Positions 49,208-58,349 of a DNA stretch of 64,000 nucleotides are shown in pieces. The DNA is from an uncultured Gemmatimonadales bacterium. GTDB taxonomy: Bacteria > Gemmatimonadota > Gemmatimonadetes > Longimicrobiales > RSA9. The notes below the pieces were generated by a model. The model ran no database searches. It had not been told where the DNA came from and worked only from the letters and a program-made list of their open reading frames with translations. Both the position numbers and the translations under genes were made by a program. The stretch spans positions 32,973 to 96,972 of the forward strand of contig CAWAMW010000012.1 in the NCBI GenBank assembly GCA_963783305.1. Reading direction: 5' to 3'. Position 1 is the stretch's first letter. Each line of letters starts with the position of its first letter.

Positions 49208-50947
49208 GTGAGGGATACTCGGGACGAGGAAGAACTCGACGGTGACGTGCCGGCTCTGCCGGTGGCCGAGGTGGAGAAGCTCATGACCACCGTGGCCAAA
49301 GCGCTGCGTGCCTTCAACATGTACCAGTCCAACAACCCTGTCTTCCAGCGATTCCGTGGCGCCCTCCGCGACGGGTTCACCTCGGTATGGGAGCTGGCGG
49401 ACAAGCTCCCACTGGCCGTCACGGAAGAAGGGTTCGCCTACCGCAACAGCGTCTTCGCCGTCGGACGGGGCCGTGACAACCTCGCCTTCGCGTTTTACAA
49501 GGATGGCGTTCGGAGCCTGACGTTCTTTCCGGGCTTCGAGGACGAGGTCGCCGCCTTCCTGGACGCCGTGAGTCGCGCCATGAAGCAGGACCAGGACTCG
49601 GACGACCTGATCACGGTGCTGTGGGAAGAGGACTTCTCCGCGCTGCAGTATGGGTATGTGGATCTGTTGATGGAGGGAGCGCAGGTCCCGGAAGGAGCGC
49701 TGTCGTACCCTACGGAGCTGGACGCGAGCTTCAAGCTCGAGCTGCGGCCGGAGCAGGGCGAGGAGGGCGAGGAGGAGCACGGGTCAGAGGCCTCGGGGGC
49801 GGCGGGCGGGCCTGCGCCGAAGACGGGGCTCTCCCGCGACGATTTCGATGAGACGCTGTACTTCCTCGACCCTGGGGAGATGGCGGCGCTGCGCACCGAG
49901 GTCGAGGTGGAGATGGAGCGGGAGGTCCGGCGCGACGTGCTGAACGCGCTGTTCGACCGCCTCGAGGAGCCGGGTGAAGCGCGGCAGACGCAGATCCTGG
50001 AGATCGTGGAACAGCTGCTCCCGCTCTTCCTGGGCCACGGGTACATGCGCGGGGCGGGGCTGATCCTGGAGGAGCTCGACCGGGCGCAGGGGGATGAAGG
50101 GGCGCTGGGGGACGCGCTGCGCGAGCGGGTCGAGCGGCTTTTCTCCCGGCTGAGCGATGCGGAGGTCCTGGAGCAGTTCGTCCAGGCCGTGGAGGACGGA
50201 GCTGTGGCGCCGGACTCCGACGAGGTGAACCTCTTCTTCGGACGACTCCACGCGCACGCGCTCCCCGTGCTGATCCGGTTTTCGGAGATGTCGGAGTCGG
50301 ACAGCGTGCGAAGCCGGCTGTCGTCGGCCATCGATGGGCTGGCCGGACGGTACCCGAAGCAGGTGAGCGAGCTGCTCACGAGCGACGAGCCGGCCGTGGT
50401 GCGAGGCGCCGCCCGGGTGGCGGGTCGGATGGGGATGTCCCAGGCGGTGGAGGGGCTGGACAGGGCGCTCCGGCATCCGGACCGCGATGTTCGTCTGGCC
50501 TCCGTCGAGGCGCTGGTGGCCATCCGGATGACGACGGCGCTCCAGGCGCTGATCACGGCCCTGGACGATGAGGACCGTGAGGTCCGGATCGCGGCGGCCA
50601 AAGCGCTGGGGGCGGTGCGCTTCGCCTCCGCCCGGGGCGTGTTCGAGTCCATCATCGACGGGAAGCGGATTCGGGACGCGGATCTCACGGAGAAGATGGC
50701 GGTCTTCGAGGCTTACGGTGCGATCGGCGGGACCACGGCCGTGGAGCGATTGAGCGAGCTTTTGAACGCCAGGGGATTCCTGGGCCGCCGACCGCCAACG
50801 GAGATACGGGCGTGTGCGGCGCTGGCCCTGGGGCAGGCGGGCACGCCTGTGGCGCGGAAGGCGCTGGCCCGGGCCAAATCCGATGAAGACTCGATCGTGC
50901 GCAACGCGGTTCTGCGGGCGCTGAAGGAGGAGGTGGGTTCGCGATGA
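49208..50947 (+). CDS. HEAT-repeat protein with a distinct N-terminal domain and an acidic linker
   Basis: GTG start 7 nt after GGAGG. C-terminal HEAT-like repeats (DRDVRLASVEALVAI, DEDREVRIAAAKALG, DSIVRNAVLRAL). Confidence 0.65.
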   Translation: MRDTRDEEELDGDVPALPVAEVEKLMTTVAKALRAFNMYQSNNPVFQRFRGALRDGFTSVWELADKLPLAVTEEGFAYRNSVFAVGRGRDNLAFAFYKDGVRSLTFFPGFEDEVAAFLDAVSRAMKQDQDSDDLITVLWEEDFSALQYGYVDLLMEGAQVPEGALSYPTELDASFKLELRPEQGEEGEEEHGSEASGAAGGPAPKTGLSRDDFDETLYFLDPGEMAALRTEVEVEMEREVRRDVLNALFDRLEEPGEARQTQILEIVEQLLPLFLGHGYMRGAGLILEELDRAQGDEGALGDALRERVERLFSRLSDAEVLEQFVQAVEDGAVAPDSDEVNLFFGRLHAHALPVLIRFSEMSESDSVRSRLSSAIDGLAGRYPKQVSELLTSDEPAVVRGAARVAGRMGMSQAVEGLDRALRHPDRDVRLASVEALVAIRMTTALQALITALDDEDREVRIAAAKALGAVRFASARGVFESIIDGKRIRDADLTEKMAVFEAYGAIGGTTAVERLSELLNARGFLGRRPPTEIRACAALALGQAGTPVARKALARAKSDEDSIVRNAVLRALKEEVGSR

Positions 50948-52380
50948 CCACCCATACGTACGTGGACAGCACGGCGGCGCTCCAGAAGCAGGGACAGAAG
51001 CTGCTGAGCACCCTCTACTCCGCGCTGCAGGCGCTCAAGCTCTTCCCGCTGGAGAACCAGACGGTCCAGAAGGCGCTGCAGGACCTTCACCGCGCGGCCA
51101 CGACCGTGGTCGAGCGGGAAGACATGGTCGAGCTGGGGCTCGTGGGCGACTTCATCTTCATCAACGACGTCCGCATCCGCCTCGACCTCTCCACGTACGC
51201 CGCGTTCTCTCTCATCTCCAACTCGCTGGCGAAGCATGAAGTGGGGACGGTCGTGATCGATCGGGCCATCGAGCGATCGGAGTGGCCGCCGTTCCTGTCG
51301 CTGTTGCTGCAGCAGCCGGCGGAGCCGGCATTCGATGGGTTCACGAGCCGCCTCAAGTCGACGCCAGTCACCCATATCCACGTCGGTCCGGAGCGCGAGC
51401 GGGCGGCGATCGACCAGGACAACGACCTGGCGAAGGAGCAGGCGAAGCGCGCCTACTTCCAGACCGTGGAGGTGGCCAAGAACGTCCTGGGTGATGTGCG
51501 CCTGGGCAAGTCGGTAAACGCGCGGCGGGTGAAGCGGGCGATCCAGTCCATCGTGGATCAGGTGCTCAACAACGAGACGTCCATGATGGGGATGACCGCG
51601 CTCCGTGACTACGACGTCTACACGTTCACGCACAGTGTGAACGTGTGCATCTTCAGTGTGGTGCTCGGTCAGAAGCTGGGGCTGAACAAGATGCAGCTGT
51701 ACGAGCTGGGACTCGGGGCGCTCTTCCACGACCTGGGGAAGATGCGGATCGATTCGGAGATCACGAACAAGACCAGCGGGCTGACGGACGAAGAGTTCCA
51801 GCAGATGCAGCAGCACACCACGGAAGGGCTGCTGGCGCTGTTCGACATGCATGGCTTCAGTGAGCCACCGTTCCGGGCCATGCTCATGGCGTACGAGCAC
51901 CACATGAAGACCGATCTGACGGGCTACCCGAAGAACAAGCGGCCCCGGGATCCCACGCTGTTCAGCCGGATCGTGGCCGTGGCGGACAGCTTCGATGCGG
52001 CCACGAGCCAGCGCTCCTACCAGGCGGTGCCATTGCGGCCGACGGATGCGCTCCAGGAGATGCGGGACAATCCGGACCGCGGCCTGGACCCGCTCCTGGT
52101 GAAGGCGCTCATCAATGCGACGGGGATCTATCCCGTGGGCACGCTGGTCATCCTGGATACGCACGAAATGGCTGTCGTAAGCGCGCCGAACCCGGACGCT
52201 TCCAGGATGAGTCAGCCGATCGTCACGATCATATACGACGCCATGGGGCGCCCATTGAGCGAGCCCTTCAGCGTACAACTTGGCGCCGACGGCCTGGAGA
52301 GCGGCCAGTCGCCGCGGACCATCATCAAAACCACGAGAGCGGACAAGTATGGAATCGATGTCGGCGCCTATTTCCTCTGA
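50944..52380 (+). CDS. HD-GYP domain protein (putative cyclic-dinucleotide phosphodiesterase) with an N-terminal domain related to that of the upstream HEAT protein
   Basis: ALFHDLGK...QQHT...EHHMKTDLTGYPK. ATGA overlap with the upstream gene. Confidence 0.75.
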   Translation: MTTHTYVDSTAALQKQGQKLLSTLYSALQALKLFPLENQTVQKALQDLHRAATTVVEREDMVELGLVGDFIFINDVRIRLDLSTYAAFSLISNSLAKHEVGTVVIDRAIERSEWPPFLSLLLQQPAEPAFDGFTSRLKSTPVTHIHVGPERERAAIDQDNDLAKEQAKRAYFQTVEVAKNVLGDVRLGKSVNARRVKRAIQSIVDQVLNNETSMMGMTALRDYDVYTFTHSVNVCIFSVVLGQKLGLNKMQLYELGLGALFHDLGKMRIDSEITNKTSGLTDEEFQQMQQHTTEGLLALFDMHGFSEPPFRAMLMAYEHHMKTDLTGYPKNKRPRDPTLFSRIVAVADSFDAATSQRSYQAVPLRPTDALQEMRDNPDRGLDPLLVKALINATGIYPVGTLVILDTHEMAVVSAPNPDASRMSQPIVTIIYDAMGRPLSEPFSVQLGADGLESGQSPRTIIKTTRADKYGIDVGAYFL

Positions 52381-53185
52381 CGCCGCGCCCGCCGCGGAGC
52401 GGCTCGCCCGGCGACTCGAGCAGCGCTCCGAGGCCGGGCGGCGACTCCTGGTTCCCTACGTCACCGCCGGATTCCCGACCGGGGCCGACACGGCGCCACT
52501 GATGGCTGCGCTCGTCCGGGCGGGCGCGGATGTGATCGAGCTCGGCGTTCCCTTCAGCGATCCGCTCGCCGACGGCCCCGTGATCCAGGGCAGCTCCCAG
52601 ACGTCCCTCGACGCCGGTGGCTCCCTGCGGGCCACGCTGGACGCGCTCCGTGAGTTCCGCGAGCACGATCGGGAGACGCCCGTGGTGATCTTCACCTATC
52701 TGAACCCGGTTTTCCGCCACGGTCTGGACGCCTTCATTGCGGACGCCGTGGCCGCAGGGGCGGACGGAGTCCTGCTCACCGACCTTCCGCTCGGCGCCGA
52801 TCCCGGCCTGGAGGCGCGGCTGGAACGTTCGCCCCTGGCGCTGGTGCGCCTGATCGCTCCCACGACGCCGCCGGAGCGCGCCCGCCGGATCGCCGAGCGC
52901 GCACAGGGCTTCCTGTACTACATCTCGCGCACCGGGGTGACCGGCGCCCGGAGCGAGGTGCGGGAGGCGCTCAGCACGGAGGTCCGGCGGCTGCGGGACG
53001 CCGCGTCGGTGCCTGTGGTGGTGGGCTTCGGGATCGGCACGTCCGAGCAGGCCCGGGAAGTGGCGGGCATGGCCGATGGCGTGGTCGTGGGGAGCGCGCT
53101 CATCGAGGTGATCCGGGAGGGCGGTGTGGAGGCGGCCGAAGCCTTCGTCCGCGACCTTCGCGCGGGGGTGGACGCGGCGCGGTAG
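52349..53185 (+). CDS. trpA: Tryptophan synthase alpha chain
   Basis: LVPYVTAGFP and ELGVPFSDPLADGPVIQ. The only available starts (ATG 52349 or 52358) overlap the HD-GYP gene by 23-32 nt. Confidence 0.88.
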   Translation: MESMSAPISSDAAPAAERLARRLEQRSEAGRRLLVPYVTAGFPTGADTAPLMAALVRAGADVIELGVPFSDPLADGPVIQGSSQTSLDAGGSLRATLDALREFREHDRETPVVIFTYLNPVFRHGLDAFIADAVAAGADGVLLTDLPLGADPGLEARLERSPLALVRLIAPTTPPERARRIAERAQGFLYYISRTGVTGARSEVREALSTEVRRLRDAASVPVVVGFGIGTSEQAREVAGMADGVVVGSALIEVIREGGVEAAEAFVRDLRAGVDAAR

Positions 53186-53209
53186 GCGGATACTCTCGGC
53201 GTCGGCGGG

Positions 53210-54883
53210 TTACCGCGCGAGTCGCTCCTCCACGTCGGGGTCCGGCTCCACGAAGATCGTGGCCACGCGGTCCGGGATCACGGTCCCTGGGGGTGCGTTC
53301 CGGGGGCTCCGGACATGCTTCCGCCGGGTCCAGTCCACGGGGACCGTGCCGGAGGTCCGCCCCTTCGAGTTCACCGCCGCCAGGACGGCCGCCTCCAGCA
53401 GGTCGCGTCGAGGCGGGTTCTGCTGGCGGTCGCCCCAGCGCAGGATCACGTGCGCGCCGGCCATGTCGCGGGCGTGAAGCCAGATGTCGTCGGGCGACGA
53501 GTGGTGGAAGGTAAGCTCGTCGTTCCCCCGGCCGCTCCGACCGACGCGGATCTCGAGTCCGCCGCTGCTCCGGAAGGTGCGGTAGGGGAGGCGCTCGGCC
53601 CCGTCCTTTCCCGGACCCTCCGACGGCCGCACGTCGGCGACCCAGCGAGCCACCTCAGCGGGATCGGCGGTGCCGCTGTCGAGGGACTCCAGCAGGGACT
53701 CCAGCTGGTCGCGCTCCGCCGCGGCCTCACGGGCCCGCGCGGGCAGCCGCGCCGCCGCCCGCTCCCGCTTCCGCGCCCGGTCGTACATCGCCTCGGCGTT
53801 CTCGACGGCGGACAGCGTCGGGTCCAGCTCGATCTGCACCGTGCCGCCCTCGAAGTCCGGCAGCTCGACCGTCGTCGCGCCTCTCGGCACCTGGCGGAGC
53901 CGCGCCATGAGCAGGTTGGCGCGCTCCCGGAACCCGGCGGCCAGGTCCGGCGCGGACTCCGCCTCCTCGGCGAGGGATAGGGCCTTTCGCGCGACCCGCT
54001 CCAGGCGCTCTTCCAGGGCGGTTCTCACCTCCGGCGCGATCCCCGACGGCGCCTGGTCCCGGCCGGCTTCCTCGAACGCGGTCAGCAGCGAGTCCGTGGG
54101 TCGCGATTCCGTGCCCGGTAGCGGGAGCGGATAGGGCTGCCCGCCGCGCACGGCCAGAACGCCCGGGTGGGCCGGGGGGCGAGCGGCCAGCGCGCGATAG
54201 CGGCTGTACGCGGCGTCCACGTCGTCGGGGAGCGGCGCCAGGATGGTGGCCGCGTTGAGGGAGCTGGTCCACGCGAGCGAGCGAAGGAGCACGCCCCGGC
54301 GGTCGGACTCCGGCGCGAGCCCGAGGAGCTCATGGAACCGGTCGGACGGGACCGGCTCATCCACGCCTTCCCGGGGCGCCATCCCCGAGGGCGGGGCATA
54401 GCGGGCGCCCGACCGCAGGGCGCGGCCGCCTGCATCGCGGGTCCAGAGCGCCGAGAGGATGACGCCACGCGGATCGAGGGCCAGTACGTTCCACTGGTTC
54501 GTCATCAGCTCCACGACCAGACGCGACGCGCGGTCCGGCCCGCCCGCATCCAGGTCGATCGCCACCAGCCGCTCGTCCGCCGGCGCGCTCACGCCCCGTA
54601 CGCGAGGCCGCCGCTGTGTCCGCACCCGTCGACCACCCCACCCTTCCGCCCCATCCACCTCGCTCTCGCCCGCGCCCGCGCCCGCGCCCGCGGCGATCGT
54701 CCGGATCCAGCCGCGGGTCGGGTGCAGCTCCCACACCAGACGCGCGTCATCCAGCTCCAGGATGAGGCGGCGCGCGTCCGAATCCAGCCGGAGCCCCCGG
54801 AGCCTTCGTCCCGCCATCCGCTGGTGGAGCTCGCGCGCGAGATAATGCACCAGCAGTGAGTCGTAGAGTATCGGCTTGGGCAT
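53210..54883 (-). CDS. NFACT-family protein (RqcH / fibronectin-binding protein A-like)
   Basis: NFACT-N-like N-terminus, central Arg/Glu-rich helical region, and C-terminal NFACT-R (DUF814) motif DIWLHARDMAGAHVILR. Confidence 0.7.
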   Translation of the reverse strand: MPKPILYDSLLVHYLARELHQRMAGRRLRGLRLDSDARRLILELDDARLVWELHPTRGWIRTIAAGAGAGAGESEVDGAEGWGGRRVRTQRRPRVRGVSAPADERLVAIDLDAGGPDRASRLVVELMTNQWNVLALDPRGVILSALWTRDAGGRALRSGARYAPPSGMAPREGVDEPVPSDRFHELLGLAPESDRRGVLLRSLAWTSSLNAATILAPLPDDVDAAYSRYRALAARPPAHPGVLAVRGGQPYPLPLPGTESRPTDSLLTAFEEAGRDQAPSGIAPEVRTALEERLERVARKALSLAEEAESAPDLAAGFRERANLLMARLRQVPRGATTVELPDFEGGTVQIELDPTLSAVENAEAMYDRARKRERAAARLPARAREAAAERDQLESLLESLDSGTADPAEVARWVADVRPSEGPGKDGAERLPYRTFRSSGGLEIRVGRSGRGNDELTFHHSSPDDIWLHARDMAGAHVILRWGDRQQNPPRRDLLEAAVLAAVNSKGRTSGTVPVDWTRRKHVRSPRNAPPGTVIPDRVATIFVEPDPDVEERLAR

Positions 54884-54940
54884 GTCGCGAAGGTGCCGGC
54901 TGCGCCGACCGCGCGCAACGCACGCCCCGGAGACCCGCGA

Positions 54941-55020
54941 CTGTGCCCTGTGCCCTGTGCCCTGTGCCCTGTGAACTGTGAACTGTGAACTGTGAACTGT
55001 GAACTGTGAACTGTGAACTG
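54941..55020. repeat. Heptanucleotide microsatellite: (CTGTGCC)x4 followed by (CTGTGAA)x7 plus a partial unit
   Basis: Direct reading. Perfect copies. Lies 58 nt upstream of the NFACT gene start and abuts the TTGACA hexamer at 55022. Confidence 0.95.
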
Positions 55021-55021
55021 T

Positions 55022-55050
55022 TTGACACGTAGAGGGCCCAACTCTAGCTT
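55022..55050 (+). promoter_or_regulatory. Candidate sigma70-type promoter of panBCD
   Basis: TTGACA (55022-55027), 17-nt spacer, TAGCTT (55045-55050), about 37 nt upstream of the panB ATG. Confidence 0.45.
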
Positions 55051-55086
55051 CGTCGCATCAAACCCTCAGACGCGGAAAGCCGCCTC

Positions 55087-55908
55087 ATGAGCACGGGCTC
55101 GAAGCGCAGGCGGACGACGATCCGAAGCCTGCTGGAGATGAAGGAGCGCGGCGAGAGCATCGTTGTGCTCACCGCGTACGACTACCTGTTTGCGCGCCTC
55201 GTGGACGAGGCCGGCGTGGACATCATCCTGGTGGGCGATTCGCTGGGGCAGGTCGTGCTCGGCTTCGATTCCACCATCCCGGTCACGCTCGATCACATGA
55301 TCCACCACGCCCGGGCCGTGCGCCGCGGTGTGGAGCATGCGCTCCTGGTGGTGGACATGCCCTTCCTCAGCTTCCACGTGGCGCCGGACGAAACGGTGCG
55401 GAACGCGGGTCGGCTCCTGAGCGAGACGGGCGCCGAGGCGGTGAAGGTCGAGGGCGGGAGCGTGACGACGTGCGAGCACGTCCGTCGACTGGTCTCCGCG
55501 GGGATCCCGGTCATGGGACACGTGGGACTCACGCCACAGTCGGTTCACGCCCTGGGCGGCTACCGGGTGCAGGGACGGGATGGTGAGGGTGCCGACCGAA
55601 TCCGCGCGGAGGCTCAGAACCTGGAGGACGCCGGGGCGTTCGCCATCGTGCTGGAGCTGCTGCCGGCGCCGCTGGCGGCGGAGATCACGGCCGCGAGCGG
55701 CGTTCCTACCATAGGAATCGGTGCCGGCGTGGATTGCGACGGCCAGGTCCTGGTCCTGTACGATATGCTGGGTCTGAACGACGCCTTCAACCCGCGGTTC
55801 CTGCGGCGGTTCGCCGATCTCGCGGGCGCTACGCGAGCGGGGCTCTCCGAGTACGTGAAGGCGGTGCGCGAGAGGGACTACCCGGGCCCGGAACACAGTC
55901 ACGAGTGA
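55087..55908 (+). CDS. panB: 3-methyl-2-oxobutanoate hydroxymethyltransferase
   Basis: [21 protein letters not shown] motifs. Confidence 0.9.
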   Translation: MSTGSKRRRTTIRSLLEMKERGESIVVLTAYDYLFARLVDEAGVDIILVGDSLGQVVLGFDSTIPVTLDHMIHHARAVRRGVEHALLVVDMPFLSFHVAPDETVRNAGRLLSETGAEAVKVEGGSVTTCEHVRRLVSAGIPVMGHVGLTPQSVHALGGYRVQGRDGEGADRIRAEAQNLEDAGAFAIVLELLPAPLAAEITAASGVPTIGIGAGVDCDGQVLVLYDMLGLNDAFNPRFLRRFADLAGATRAGLSEYVKAVRERDYPGPEHSHE

Positions 55909-56783
55909 AGACGGTAACGACGGTCGAGGAGCTCCGCCTAGAGGTGGCGGAGTCCCGGAGACGTGCGGGCACCGTGGTGGCGGGCGGCGACAATGGGGTC
56001 GTGCTGGTGCCCACCATGGGCGCGCTTCACGAGGGCCACCTCTCGCTGGTGGACCGCGCGCGGGAGCGAGGGCGGCTCGTGGTCATGTCCATCTTCGTGA
56101 ATCCCACCCAGTTCGGACCGGGCGAGGACTTCGAGGCCTACCCCCGGGACCTGGAGCTCGACAGGGAGCTTGCGGAACGCCGCGGTGTAGACGTGCTGTA
56201 TGCACCCTCCACGGACGAGGTGTACCCGGCAGGACCGTCGCAGGTCAGGGTGGTGCCGGGGCCCATGGCCGAGCGGCTCTGCGGCCTCAGCCGACCCGGC
56301 CATTTCGAGGGGGTGCTGACGGTCGTGGCGAAGCTTTTTGGAATGGTTCAGCCGGACGTGGCGGTCTTTGGCCGCAAGGACTATCAGCAGGTGACGTTGA
56401 TCCGCCGGATGGTGCGGGATCTGGACATGCCCGTGCGGGTAGAGGCGGCGCCGATCATTCGGGAGGCGGACGGACTGGCACTGTCCTCGCGCAACGTGTA
56501 CCTGTCGGAGGCCGAGCGGGCCCGGGCGCTGAGCCTCTCCGAGGGCCTGTTCGGGGCGCGGTCGGCGTTCGAGGAAGATCAGGTGCGGGACCCGGAGCGG
56601 CTGAAGGCGCGGGTGCGGGGTACCATGCGCGACGCGGCGGTGGAGCCGGAGTACATCGAGCTGGTGGACCCCGATTCGCTGGAGCCGCTGACGGAGGCCC
56701 GCGACGGCGCTGTGCTGGCGCTGGCGGCCAGGGTTGGAGCGACGCGATTGATCGACAACGTCATTCTGGGACAGAAGGAATAG
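55905..56783 (+). CDS. panC: Pantoate--beta-alanine ligase
   Basis: [33 protein letters not shown] start overlaps the panB stop (GTGA). Confidence 0.9.
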   Translation: MKTVTTVEELRLEVAESRRRAGTVVAGGDNGVVLVPTMGALHEGHLSLVDRARERGRLVVMSIFVNPTQFGPGEDFEAYPRDLELDRELAERRGVDVLYAPSTDEVYPAGPSQVRVVPGPMAERLCGLSRPGHFEGVLTVVAKLFGMVQPDVAVFGRKDYQQVTLIRRMVRDLDMPVRVEAAPIIREADGLALSSRNVYLSEAERARALSLSEGLFGARSAFEEDQVRDPERLKARVRGTMRDAAVEPEYIELVDPDSLEPLTEARDGAVLALAARVGATRLIDNVILGQKE

Positions 56784-56794
56784 AGGAGGCGGTC

Positions 56795-57193
56795 GTGCGG
56801 CGGAGCATGTGCAAATCCAAGATCCATCGGGCCACGGTGACCGATGCCAACCTCGCCTATGAGGGGAGCATTACACTGGATCCGGTGCTGATGGCCGCGG
56901 CCGATATCCTGGAATACGAGAAGGTCCACGTCGTGAACATCTCGAATGGCGCGCGCTTCGAGACGTACGTGATCACCGGTGTGGAGGGCGCGGGCGACGT
57001 CGTTCTGAACGGCGCGGCGGCCCGTCTGGTCCAGACGGGCGACAAGGTCATCATCATGAGCTACGCCAGCTACGACGAGGTCGAGCTCGAGAGCTTCGAG
57101 CCGCTCCTCGTCTTCGTGGACGACCGCAACCGGATCCGGCCGCACCCGCAGCGCGAGACGTCGGGCGCCCAGCTCCGGATCGACCCGGCGTAG
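56795..57193 (+). CDS. panD: Aspartate 1-decarboxylase proenzyme
   Basis: [10 protein letters not shown] and YEGSITLD (Gly-Ser self-processing site). Confidence 0.9.
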   Translation: MRRSMCKSKIHRATVTDANLAYEGSITLDPVLMAAADILEYEKVHVVNISNGARFETYVITGVEGAGDVVLNGAAARLVQTGDKVIIMSYASYDEVELESFEPLLVFVDDRNRIRPHPQRETSGAQLRIDPA

Positions 57194-57195
57194 GA

Positions 57196-57774
57196 GTGGC
57201 GCCGCTCCACCCCCTGATCACCGCGGCCGCCGAGGGCCGACTCCCGGACTGGGCGGTGGTCTCGCCCGAGCGTCGGGAGCACGTGGCTCGCGTGGCCGCC
57301 CTCATGGACGAGTGGGCGGAGCGGGCGCGTCTCTGCGACGACGACCGCGCTCGCTGGCGTGCCGCGGGGCTCCTCCACGACGCGTTGAGGGACGCGGACT
57401 TCGACCAGCTTCGGCCCATGGTGGGGCCCACGCTCCGGGACAAACCCGGCAAGATGCTCCACGGGCCCGCGGCGGCCGCGCGACTGCGGACGGAGGGAGT
57501 GGACGACGAACCGCTCGTGCTCGCCATCTCGTGGCACACGCTAGGGCACCCGGATTTCGACACCCTCGGCAACGCGCTCTACCTGGCGGACTACACCGAG
57601 CCGGGTCGCGACTACGAGTCGGAGTCGCTGGCGGCGAAGCGGGACCGGGTGCCGGACGAGCTGGAGGCCGTGCTGCTCGACGTCGCTACGGACCGAATCC
57701 GCCGCTCACTGAAGAAAGGACGGCCGCTGCTGGAGCCGACAGTGAGGTTCTGGAACGCGCTGGTGGAAGGCTGA
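57196..57774 (+). CDS. HD-domain hydrolase, YqeK-like
   Basis: R.HV.RVA...AGLLHDALRD...WHT.G...YLADYTEPGR pattern. Confidence 0.6.
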   Translation: MAPLHPLITAAAEGRLPDWAVVSPERREHVARVAALMDEWAERARLCDDDRARWRAAGLLHDALRDADFDQLRPMVGPTLRDKPGKMLHGPAAAARLRTEGVDDEPLVLAISWHTLGHPDFDTLGNALYLADYTEPGRDYESESLAAKRDRVPDELEAVLLDVATDRIRRSLKKGRPLLEPTVRFWNALVEG

Positions 57775-57775
57775 G

Positions 57776-58345
57776 ATGACGATGAGCCGCTCCCGGACCC
57801 TCGTAGCCGTCGGGCTGTTCGTCGCCCTGGGGCTCGTGGGCGCGTTCATCGCATCCGCCGTGGCCGGGTGGGGGAACGAGGAGTCGCCCACCGACGGCGG
57901 CCAGCCGGCGCCCGCGGCGGACTTCGGTGACGCGTCCCGGGTGCGTGTCGAAGTGCTGAACGGCGCCGGCAAAATGGGACTCGCCCGTGACGCCACGCAC
58001 GTGCTCCGCGGGCACGGCTTCGATGTCGTTTTCTTCGGCAACGCCGCTCGCTTCGACCACGCCCGTTCGCGCGTGATCGACCGCACCGGGGAGCTGGAGC
58101 ATGCGCGGGCCGTGGCCGCCGCGCTGAGAATCGACTCCATGGCCACGGCCATCGACTCATCTCTCATGCTCGAGGTGACCGTGGTGCTGGGAGAGGACTG
58201 GCCGCCCGCCGCGGCCCCGGCCCCCGAGCGGCTCTGGCTCGATCGCCTGCGCGACATGGTGCCCGGCGACAGCGGAGCCGTCGACAGCGGAGCCATCGAC
58301 AGTGCGGCCGGGAGCGTTCCCGCAGAGCCGACGGGAGGTGGCTGA
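57776..58345 (+). CDS. LytR_C-domain membrane-anchored protein
   Basis: N-terminal TM helix. VRVEVLNGAGKMGLARDATHVLRGHGFDVVFFGNA is typical of the LytR C-terminal domain. Confidence 0.6.
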   Translation: MTMSRSRTLVAVGLFVALGLVGAFIASAVAGWGNEESPTDGGQPAPAADFGDASRVRVEVLNGAGKMGLARDATHVLRGHGFDVVFFGNAARFDHARSRVIDRTGELEHARAVAAALRIDSMATAIDSSLMLEVTVVLGEDWPPAAAPAPERLWLDRLRDMVPGDSGAVDSGAIDSAAGSVPAEPTGGG

Positions 58346-58349
58346 GCTC

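Noticed and set aside
54589-55041. ORF on the minus strand translating the heptamer tract as QFTVHSS repeats.
   Set aside because: This is an artefact of the microsatellite. The ORF overlaps the NFACT gene's 5' end and has no start context.
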